Shown here in pieces: positions 10,076 to 20,000 of a DNA stretch of 20,000 bases. Under the pieces are notes generated by a model. That model worked only from the letters and a program-made list of their open reading frames with translations. It ran no database searches and had not been told where the DNA came from. How positions within the stretch are numbered: the stretch's first letter is position 1; each line of letters begins with the position of its first letter. The DNA is from Atractiella rhizophila (Eukaryota): NCBI GenBank assembly GCA_021432655.1, contig MU271427.1, forward strand, positions 47,033-67,032, read 5' to 3'. A program made the translations under genes and the position numbers.

Positions 10076-11659
10076 TTAAGGTGACTGGAGGGGAGAGAGG
10101 AGAGTTTGAGAGGAGCTCGATGGATGAGGTGGTGGTAGTGTAGGCGAGGAGGAGGCGGCCTGTTGGATGGAGACGGTGGATAGGATGTCCGAGAGATCCC
10201 CGGATGATGAAAGTCCAAAGTTCATTCCATCCGCGACATAGGTAAGGAGAGAATAGACGGACCAGGACACTTTAAGCTGATCCCTGTGGTAAAGACAGTC
10301 CCGGAGGTAGGGAAAGTGATATCAGGCGAGTACGATGTAATCTACCTTCCCTTCAGGTCTGCCCGAGGATAATGCAGAAAGTCTCTCTCATTGTTGAGGA
10401 TGAATGGAGATCCCATAACGGCACCACAGCAAGCGAAGAGAGAGGGCACAAACATCAACATAGCCACTGCCACCTCCGATGGTATATTGCTGTAGCAAGG
10501 AGTTAGAAATGGCTGCGGTTCCCTCATTGGTGCACACAGCTCCAAGGTGGTGCCTCTCCATGCATCAAACTTTATCTCCACTATCTCTTGCATCAAGATC
10601 TTTAACCCCTTCTCCTCCGTTTTGATTGATTACTGACTCCCTCATCCATCAAGATAGCATGGCACTAAGAAGGGATTCAGCTGTTCAACTTGAGGCTCGC
10701 ACCTCCTGATCGTCTGATGCTCTGTTTAGAAGTCTCCCACTGTACCAGCTATGTACCCATTGTACTTCTTCTCTTGAGGAATCTGTTAAACCCAAGTAAG
10801 CTGCCTCATCGGCCTCCGATGAAGACAGGGGTTCATTGCATTTGTTGAGGTGACTCCACCAAGAATAATCACAACAACCACCACCAACGGCCGCTGTGAA
10901 AATGTGAACGACATGAACCTGCTCCCATTGCATCCTGCAGCTCCTAACCCTCTCGGCTAGGGTTAAGAAGGAGATCCGTGGATGGGTTATAGTACGTCAA
11001 ATGTGAGGCATTGAGATGAGTGGGAATCTGTCAAAAAGTTCCAGTAAGTTCTGGCGACTTGTGGCCCATGTCGAGTCAAAGAGCGCATCGCATTGAGGCA
11101 GAGTAGTTTTGTTAAGGAAGAAGGAGGTGTTCAAGGTATTATCCATGGTAGATGTCGGAGTCCGGCCATGGAATACCTGGCTGCTGGATTGAGGGATCCG
11201 TATGGCCCATATTCAACAACACAACCTCAGCCCGAGACTGAGATATAAAAGGGAAGATGGTGTCCCATTCCTCTCACTCATATCTGCTACAATCTGAAAA
11301 CTTTCGCATACTCTAACCAGTGGAGAATTGTTGTGAATCCCTTTCAGGCTCCTTGCTTCTGGTACTTGTCTGACTGTACTATGTAAGCAAAGGTGGAACA
11401 TCGCTACATCATTGAGGTGGGTGGAGAACAATACACCCTTCCTGAACAGCTTGTCTTTGCTGTCCTTGGAAGATTGCTTGCCCGTTCGTTCTTTTGGCTT
11501 CATCTGTCCTGATAGCAAGTGTTGATGGATGGGACAAGGTGTCATTAACATCCATCCTAGTTTGTGAAGCATGTCCAGCTCCTTGGCCTTCCATTGTCAT
11601 AGTAGAGACAAGTTCATCACTCCCTTTTTCGAATCACATGAAGGACATGTTTCTCCTCC
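10076..11659 (-). pseudogene. Unidentified ~527-codon coding relic interrupted only by TGA codons
   Basis: Listed ORFs 11213-11572, 10685-10933 and 10076-10270 share one frame. Between TAG (11662-11660) and TAA (10078-10076) my translation finds only eight stops, all TGA (first bases 11599, 11215, 10999, 10687, 10651, 10567, 10390, 10324). No family recognised. Confidence 0.7.
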
Positions 11660-12499
11660 CTAACTTCTGATGTTTGATCTCCAGAAATGGACAATCGGAT
11701 GTCAATGAATTTGCTGTTTTTTTGCACCTCTCCTTGATTAGCCAGGATGTCCACCGCTCCTTTCCTCCTTTTTAGTCTCCCAAGAGAGTGAATACAATCA
11801 CGATACAATATGAGTACATCAGTAGGTTTCCAATTTCAAATTTCAAATCCAATGAGAGCGAGCCTTCGCAGCAAAATAAATCTAACGAACCTTCAGATCT
11901 GCTTCTCTGTTCTTCACTGACACTCCCTCTACTTTGAAAAATGTCCCTTAGATCACATTCAGAATGAACTCTTTCCTAGCCACAAAATTTGGATCAGTGA
12001 AGCTTTGAAGGAACACAAGCATTCGTTGTATTGTTGAGCTGAAGGTTGAGAGGGATGAAAGGTGTCCTTAAGGCAACTAAGTAACTTGTGAGTAGACATT
12101 CGTGGGATTTCAACAAGTAGGAAGGATCAACATCGAAGGATTATTATCTGCACAGTGCTCAGTATGCATGAAAGCGCTGAAGATCTAGCTTGTAGATCGT
12201 TCGATCCAGCGCATTTAGAATTACGGTCTGATCCAGCGCATCGAAAAACGCCCGTTTGGCCCTCGGTAAAATGAAGAGTATGTCCCATCACTCCCAGCAC
12301 CTGTGGACTTCAGCTTAACATCTATCCATTGCACAAACTTTTAATACAACATGGAAGCATCACTCAACACACACACAAGCCAGTGGAGAATTGTTGTAAG
12401 TTTTCGTCATCAGTTATGGGCAGTGGAATTGGATGGGGACAAAGGATGGGGGCTGGAACTGGGAAACTCTCACAATACACATCAATCAATCAGGGGGTG

Positions 12500-13390
12500 G
12501 TAACGATGGAGCTTTCATAAGGGAAGCAGCAAAAAACTGGTCGCCATTCCGTTATTCTTTGAGTACACTCATGAGTACGTTTCCATCTCAGACGATGTAT
12601 ACAACATTGAAGAAATGAATCTAAACTCAATTCGGGGAGCCTACGTTTCTTGACGTTCCGAAAAAATGCTGTGGTATCCGATTGTGTCATTCCTTGAAAA
12701 AGGCATGGGCAGCCATTTCATAGTCGAATTCGCTTTTGAATGGATGATAGGGAGGAAGAGTCAGAACTTCACTAGCAGAGGGCGTGATAGATGGACGGTC
12801 ATGACGTGAATCTGGGTGATGGTACTGGAAGTATGGGCTGCCGAGATGTTCTTTCAGATCTCTATCTTCATCCTCATTGGAACTGAAGCTGGATGGAGAT
12901 AGGGATGATAAGTTGTCACCTAAGGTAGATAGGATACCAGATGGAAGTGGTGTGGAGGAGAACTGCCTAGAGGCCAACTGTTGACCAGGGTGCCGAAATC
13001 TCGCCCTTGATTCAGCAATTCGATCACTTTGTTTTGGATTTCGAATGGTTTAATATCAGAACACAGACAGACCTTGAGTATCTTGCATGGCAGTGTATGG
13101 GGATGTGTCAATGCCATCTTTGCATTCTTCTGAGAAGTCTGATTCTGAGATCATATGCTCTGTCTTGAAAACTCTTCAGCATCTCGTCCTAGCTTAATCA
13201 GCAATATGCCCACATCTTCATTCCTTCCTGCCATTCTTCCATTTACTTTTACCGCCTTCCAACCTGCTGCATGTAGAACAATTGGATGTTGGCTCGTACG
13301 ACGTTTCTTGAGCCAGCCTTTGGCAGGCAAGAAGACTTGATGGCAATCAGGGCATTCCACTTGATTGCTTGGTAGTTTCTTGATCGCATT
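12500..13390 (-). pseudogene. Probable N-terminal remnant of a Plavaka/CMC-like transposase (degenerate C2H2 finger plus 'HPF.S..D.E.A' segment)
   Basis: VECPDCHQVFLPAKGWLKKRRTSQH (~13285-13360) is C2H2-like with the first His read as Arg. An acidic/Ser-rich linker follows, then PPYHPFKSEFDYEMAAHAFF../MTQSDTTAFF (~12660-12755), similar to N-terminal segments I associate with basidiomycete Plavaka transposases. No catalytic core seen. Confidence 0.4.
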
Positions 13391-13862
13391 GATTCTAGTG
13401 TAGCGAGGAGCCTTTTGATTCGAACCAGCACTGAAAATGTAGAAAGAGCTGAAAAGACAATGAGGAAGTTGTTGTTTTGATAGACGCGTGACGTGTTGCA
13501 TGACTTCACAATGTTTACTTTGGCACAGCAGGCTTGAAAAGCTGATCCCTTCTGCTTTCCTTGCACTTGAACAATGTGACTACTCGTGCTTCTCAATATT
13601 TCTGAGAGCCTGAGGGAATCATGTCAGACCAAGAAAATAATACAAGAAGAGCTTATAAGAGGAAGTAAAGAATGTTGAAAGCTCAAGTGTGTCGTCTTCC
13701 CTTATTATGAAAGGAAAGGTTATAGGGCAAGGCATAGCTGGCCGAGGAATAAAAGAGCTCAGTCTGCTCCAGAACATTGTATCAAGGGGCAGTGGGAAGA
13801 AGAGCATGCTCAACTGTAAGAGCAACTGGCTGCTCTGTAAGAAGCTGTGCACTTTGCCAGCA

Positions 13863-16595
13863 ATGAAACTCCCTCAAAACGACATCATTCTACTCGTGTT
13901 ATGCCTACAGCACCCACTAGGCTAGCAAAGATCTAAGCATATCACGCTGGAAAGGCATCTGTCCTTTTGTATCACCCTTGGGTGATGAGGTTCGAAAACA
14001 TTTTTCCTGCAACGATCAGAGGTTACAGAATGTGAGGAGGACAGAGAGATTGATGGTGTTTCAGATAATGAGGAAGGCGACCAGGATGAGGATGAGGATG
14101 AGATCAGGGAGAAGAAGAGAAGAAATCAGATGTGGGAGGTTTGTCGTCAATATTATAAATCCAACCTTATCAAGTTCATCCTTGGCCGCATACTGCTCAA
14201 TTCTGGTTCGTTCCTTTATTTATCCCTTCATGCTAATTTTCAAGGATAAGTAGGCACGTTATGCCTTAAGCGCTGACTCCATCTTTGCGGCCGAAGGAAG
14301 AGTGCCAATCCTTTCAATGCATAACGGGTGAACAATTGTCCGGACTATTTTCAACGCACCATCACACACTCAAAAGCATTCAGGGTCGACATGCCGACAA
14401 GTTCCATCATCTCTGGAACCGGGAAGTATTCCCTTGTGATGATGCAAGAGAAAACGGTATTACCCTGCATGACGAAACTGCCGACAATAAAGATATTTTG
14501 GATGGATTCGGTATGGATTTTACAGAGGAGCGAGGTGGGGAGAATGTAGAGTAATAGATCACTTCTAACATAATGGAACATTCTTGTGCATAGATCATGA
14601 ATTGCAAGTGTCTCAATTTAAGACATGGCAAGGATCTACCCACAAACATCTATGCATTGCTCAGCACTCCGTCCAATATCTCCCATTTTTACCGAACTTC
14701 TATTTCTAATTTGAATCAATGCATGGGAGGAGTGATGGAGATGGACACATACTTTTAGTAAATAAGCAAGTCCCTCACGCTTACTCCTCTGATGAGCAGT
14801 TAACCCCTAAGGTTTTTGTGCTCAAATAATTCGACCATCAGTCATATAATATCCTACGAGCTCTATAAAGATTTGAGTTCCTTTCTCAATGCTCACTCCA
14901 ATTATGATATTTTCAGCCTTCAAAAGGTCAAGGACCTCATTCAACAGCGTAGTCGCATCATTCCTGAATCTTACGACATATGTCCAAATTCTCAGATTGC
15001 CTATGCTGGAGTTTGGAAAGATCATCCAGCTTGCCCCAAATGTGGACTGTCCCGAACGATCAAGAAAAGCAAGAATGGACAGGCATTTGAAGTTTCTCGT
15101 CAGAAATACTATGTTGTCCCTTTCGAAGTCCCCCTGCAAGCGGCAGAAGGTGCAAAGCTGGCAAAACATCGTGCACAAAGGACAGAGGCGCTGATGGCAA
15201 GATCAAGTCAAACTGCCTTCAGGGTGGATGTCATAGATGATATTTATTGTGGACGAGATTACCTCCAAGCTGTCTACTACCCCAAGATTCTTCCCACAGA
15301 TTGTGTCCTCGGCTGTTCTCTGGATGGAGCTCAAATTTACGACAAAATCAAACCATCTGATTCAATCTTCATTATCATGATCGACTACAACCTCCCTCCC
15401 GAAATCCGCTACAAGCAACAATTCATCATTCCCATTGCCATCATTCCGGGGCCTCTCAAACCGTAGGACCAGAACTCGTTCCTACTTCCGATTTTTGAAC
15501 GAGTTAAACGTCTTTACACTACTGGATTTCCCTTATATAATGGAGAAGAGAATCACTGATTCCGATCGAGGCCCTTTATTGCACTGAGACTCTTTGATAC
15601 TCCCTGTCAAGCTGAAATGGGAGGGGACGTCGGCCCAACAGGACGAGTAGGTTGCCACATCAATGGCTGCAAATGTGTTAGTGTCCATGTGCGTGGTGGT
15701 TCCATTTAGTACTTCCCACTGCGAAGACCAATAAACAACGCGGAACCTGAAGATATTCAACCGGATTACGATCCTTGGAACCTTCCAACTGAGAGCGCAG
15801 CTGAATTCTAAGCCCATGCAGAAGAGGTAGTGAGAGCAAGAGCTGCTGCGCGAGAAACCGAAGCTAACCACCTCCAGAGAGAATATGGAATTGTAAGGGT
15901 AGTCTATTCTCCCAAATTGAAACCCTTGGCGGAGGTCCTCCATTTCGCTTTGTGATTAATGGCATGCACCACCCCAACTTCAATTTCTCAGAACTTTGGA
16001 GAGGCGAGATTCGGCCAACAGATAAAAGTCAACGTCAGGCCTGGGAAAGCGTCAACATGGTCAGGAAGCAGTTGGAGCTGAAATTGTTGACGAGATTCCC
16101 CCTGATGACCGCCTGCCATGGGAGGTGCTAGTTGGTGAATGTTGGAGAAAGCACGGTATTGATGTCTCAAATACTCACTGCTACATTCCTTCATCTTGGG
16201 ACAAATTCCTCCGAAATATCGATATCAAATATTCAGCATATCGAGCTAAGGAATGGGAAACTTATTTCTATGGTCTTGGGCCCAGTCTACTTCAAGGGAT
16301 TCTGCCTGCGCCGTATTTTCAGCATTACGTCAAAATTGTGCACTGTATGTGGGTCTTACGCAGGCACGAAATAACCCAGGACCAGCTGGATGAAGTGGAG
16401 AAGCTAATTGTAGAGTTTGTTGAAGAATTTGAACGAGAATACTATCAGCATGACTCCCGACGACTTCATTTCTGCCGAATATCTCTCCACAAGCTCTTTC
16501 ATCTATGTGACCAAACCAGACGTGTCGGCCCTTTCATTTATATCACTCAACGGACCCTAGAGCGAACAATCGGCCTGCTTGGTTCTCGCATACGT
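13863..16595 (+). pseudogene. CACTA/EnSpm (CMC) Tnp2-like transposase pseudogene, 3' truncated
   Basis: Core 14816-16595: YDICPNSQIAYAG..ACPKCGLSR; DDIYCGRDY; LGCSLDGAQIY; DYNLPPEIRYK..IAIIPGPLKP*DQNSFLLPI; FDTPCQAEMGG..GRVGC; NGMH; IPSSW..RNI..AYRAKEW..GLGPSLLQGILP..YFQHY..FVEEFEREYYQ..LHKLFHL..RVGP..TQRTLERTIG. Stop TAG at 15464-15466 and frameshifts. Upstream acidic exons (13863-14550) are tentative. TIRs not found. Confidence 0.88.
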
Positions 16596-17521
16596 GTGTC
16601 TCCCCGTGCTTTTCGATGGAGGCGACGCTCGGAATCGTGCAGGAAAACCTGGCGAACTAGAAACGGATCGAGACCGAACCTTAATTCTCATCGATAAGGC
16701 ACATGTGCACATTTGCCGAAGTTATAAACAACGGATGGCTGTTCGAGAAAAGACCCCGTCAGACGTGCGCTTTCCACCATATTAACGACTACCACACTGC
16801 TCTTCAGCTATGAATGCCCTATCGAAGTTCCTCCAAGCTTCATCCTCCAGGTCAGCCATTCTCCCTCGAAACGAGGAATTGAGCGCGGTGTGACTGCTCC
16901 ACAGAACCTTTGTGACATCACTAGTCGAGTCTTCGAGCTCAAACACGACAAAGTCTGTAGAACTGTACTCTGATCGACTACAACTGAACAAGCCAGATCA
17001 GAAGCCAGATCGAACGAAATGACTTCTGAGTTACGGGTGCCGATATGATACGATACGGCTGCACAGCCCCCCGAATCGACAGCACCACGGTCAATTCCAT
17101 CCGATTTGATAGCCATCCCTAGCTTGTATTCAAAAAGTGAAGTAGAGTCTTCAGGTGCAGGGGCTGGTGGTGAGCATAACATCCCACAGCTTAATCTTAC
17201 ATAAATCTTAAGTTCTGGACGACTACCATGACAAATCGTGCAAACATGCTCCTCCCACTAAAGCCGGCAACCCACCGGATCAACGTCTCCTCGCTTCGCT
17301 GTGCTCAAGGTTTCAAGTACTCCGGGCTGACAGAAGAGACGACTTCCCATCCAGCGATGAGAAGTCGTGATGGCGATGGTGGGACGACCGCATGCCTACA
17401 CCCTCGACTTCATGAGGGAGCTGGAGCATGGTTCTTCCATTTTTCCTTGTAAGGAGACGAAAAACGCATAAAAAGGGACTCTCTCGCCTATTCTGCAGCA
17501 CCGCAACGAGCAAACGACAAC

Positions 17522-18503
17522 ATGGTGTCTCTTCGCTCTCTTATCTGCGTTTTCTCCATCGTCATAATCAGCAGCGGCGCTCCGTCTGCTGACCCTGCCT
17601 CCAAACTGGAAGAGCGACAGGGCTGCACCGCAGTGAAGATAATGTGCACGTAACCCTGCATCTCGGTTTCTCGCGTATACTGATACATGGGAACAGCGCT
17701 GCGAGGGTCAGATGAAACCATACCTGGACGACTTGGAGCAGTAGAGAATGCCATCCATGGTCAGACCAGGCAATCTGTTACCATCTACGACGTGCCTTAC
17801 CCCGCTAGCGGGGCAAATTACAACCAGTCTGAATCTCAGGGAGTCGGATTGCTGAGAGCGCAATTGGCGACCGCAAAGGCCAGTTGCCCTGTGCAAAAAG
17901 TATTGATTTTGTTTTCAATCATTTACCTACTACTGATCGAGGATTAGATCGTCGTCATGGGTTATAGTCAAGGAGCGCAGGTAGTAGCCGATGTGCTACA
18001 ATCAAGGAGCACGGGAACAGATCTCAGTAAGGTTTTAATAGTTCTTCCTTCACGACGCAATACTTAATGGATGTCGGCTGGGGCAGTCAAAGCTGCGATA
18101 CTGTTCGCCGATGTAAGTCTTTCTCCTATTTGTACGTAGGAAGGACTTAACATGACCAAATTCAGCCAACACACACGGCGAACCAACCTTTCAACGCTGG
18201 CACCGGGAATGCAAGGTGCGCAACCCTACATCTTTCCCCGCTAATCTGATGCCGACTACCATATACCAGGAATGGGCTTTCCCCTCGTGCCTCTGGAGCA
18301 CTGAATGCTTTCTCGTCCGTGCTGCAGAGCTACTGCCTGGTGAATGATCCTGTTTGGTGCGTTCCCACCCCCACCTCCCTTCAATAATAGCGAGTGATCC
18401 CTGCAATAGCGCACGCGGTGGGAACGTCAACGACCATCTCGTCGTCGTCAGCACATACCAAAACCAGGCCGTCGGTTTTGCTTTGGGCAAGATTGGTGGT
18501 TGA
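17522..18503 (+). CDS. Secreted cutinase / acetylxylan esterase-like protein (carbohydrate esterase family 5), 220 aa, 7 exons
   Basis: Exons 17522-17645, 17697-17899, 17948-18026, 18087-18112, 18166-18215, 18270-18356, 18410-18503 (663 nt, open). Signal peptide MVSLRSLICVFSIVIISSGAP, then C..KIMSLRGSDE, VPYPAS, SCPVQKIVVMGYSQGAQV (GxSxG nucleophile), AAILFADP and SYCLVNDPVCARGGNVNDHL (catalytic Asp and His). Introns 48-60 nt; intron 1 requires a GC donor. Confidence 0.93.
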
Positions 18504-18950
18504 AATACCTTTGCAAGTGACTTGCCTGGGTGCTTCTGTTGCTGCCAGAGGCAGCATCGATGGAGACCTAAATTGCTGTCTGGATTGTCTAAATATGTCA
18601 AATGCAATTATATATGTTCAGTTTTGGGCCCAAACTTGTGTCAAGTCTACCAGTTGCGGTTGGCGCTTCATCCGAGTGTTTGATCAATAGCCTGAGTACA
18701 ACAATCATCTCGACCCAGAAAACACTGTACAGCATTCGACTAGATGTATCTTACTTTAGGTGATGCTCACTGTCAGCAGTGTGATAGCTTGAAGAGGCGT
18801 GCCTATGTTATTGCTAGTTAGAGATGTGGACGAAAGGCAAGATTACACAGTTGGAAGGGAGCGATCGCTCTGAATGTTAATGCTCTATGAAAACAGACTT
18901 CAGTCAATGTTCAGGCAGTTCCGTCAATAGTCAGTCACTGCGCGATCAAA

Positions 18951-18976
18951 TTTCAGTCGGCCAAAACCGACTGAAA
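18951..18976. repeat. Perfect 10-bp inverted repeat (hairpin) in a CAGT-rich tract
   Basis: tttcagtcgg-ccaaaa-ccgactgaaa. Confidence 0.7.
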
Positions 18977-19025
18977 ATTCCACAGTGCAATGTCAGTTGT
19001 TCTTCAGTGCTCATTTACCTAGACC

Positions 19026-19067
19026 ATGCTGCCGCCCAGCCCGGCAGGAGCAACAGGGCGGCCGCAT
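19026..19067. repeat. GC-rich imperfect inverted repeat (11/12-bp stem, 18-nt loop)
   Basis: atgctgccgccc..gggcggccgcat. Confidence 0.55.
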
Positions 19068-20000
19068 CAACATCATCTGATTTTTTAAAAAAAAAAAGTT
19101 AACAGAAAATGTGTCTCCTTGAGGTACAGCTGAGAAGGAGCATGGCAGCTAATAATGGCACGAGGACTGTTCGGAGGGTTGGACAGGCGAATGTGCAAGT
19201 GTTAGTCCCGTGGACCACGGAAAGGGAAAATGTGATCTCTGCACCAGAGTCATTACTGTTGTGATCAATTAGTGAAGGCCGCGTTCGAGAGCATGAGGGA
19301 AAGTCAGGGCAAGCGGTTTGTCGGACGAAAGAGCAAAAGCTAGGAAATCAAGGATGGATAGATCTTCCAGTGCTGAGCGAGGAGCTCGTAAGGTCTCATG
19401 AAGTAATCATGAAGATGTAGAAACTAACCGAGAAACAGACTTCCTTAGGATCATCTATCTTTCTCTTCTTGCAATTCAGTTAATGTCAAACGATCCACAG
19501 TCCTCCTGCGGCTGCACAATTTCAATTGGAAACTAAAGGAAAACACGGTACCTCGCTAGGTCTCCATTCTCTCGTTCCTGACTACACTCCGTCGATTCAC
19601 TCTCCGCAACACTTTTGGTTCCCTATTCGATCAGTGGGTGTAACCCTATCCCTGAATCCATCGTATTTTTCACTTAAACGCCTCCCACGCCGGTGCCAAT
19701 GTATCTTTGGTCACCGGTAACTCAGATATGCACGAAACCTTCAAAGGTTCTGTGTCCAATCGCAGCATCGCAGGGATATTATTCACTCTTTCACGCTGCA
19801 CACTGGGTCTTTACAACCTGTTTTCTAACCGACTTCGCTTGAGCCGAAAACTTGCAATCATTTAATTTTGAGTTTACGCTGCGTTACATAATAAGGCGGG
19901 CAGCGAATATCCTAAACCCTCATAGTAAAACTATTCGAATTTAAATCCCCTCATGCATGGGCCTCCAATTGACAACTCAGAAGCCACGTTCGCAAGCCCC

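Noticed and set aside
10076..11659. Selenoprotein or genuine TGA recoding
   Set aside because: The neighbouring hAT pseudogene shows the same TGA-at-Arg pattern and host genes here stop at TGA; CpG decay is simpler.
17488..18690. ORFs 17488-17754, 17708-17896, 18191-18607 (-) and 18394-18690 (+)
   Set aside because: Antisense or out-of-frame overlaps of the cutinase gene.
3568..19020. Imperfect inverted match aggtaaatg-gcactaaag (3568-3585) vs reverse complement of 19002-19020, as TIRs of a giant element
   Set aside because: 17/19 with a gap is plausible by chance in 20 kb, and there is no TSD.
19100..20000. Possible gene at the right end (ORF 19526-19720)
   Set aside because: No motif or consistent splice model; treated as intergenic.

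Overview
Eukaryotic, intron-rich DNA. Short 47-71 nt introns and the transposon types point to a fungus, most likely a basidiomycete (inference). Three host genes could be assembled by hand. (1) A 5-exon Zn(II)2Cys6-type transcription factor gene (-, 321-1153) whose zinc cluster looks broken by a 1-nt frameshift. (2) A 3-exon, 109-aa Con-6-like basic protein gene (+, 2140-2604). (3) A 7-exon, 220-aa secreted cutinase/CE5 esterase gene (+, 17522-18503) that needs a GC-AG first intron to stay in frame. Between them, ~3850-16600 is a graveyard of decayed DNA transposons: a near full-length hAT element, an internally deleted Helitron Rep/Hel (PIF1) fragment, a probable Plavaka-like N-terminal remnant and a CACTA/EnSpm (Tnp2-like) transposase pseudogene. 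It also holds a ~527-codon frame of unknown identity (-, 10076-11659) interrupted only by TGA codons. CpG->TpG decay is widespread in the repeat block. I see no convincing new biological system; the unidentified TGA-only frame is the best lead.
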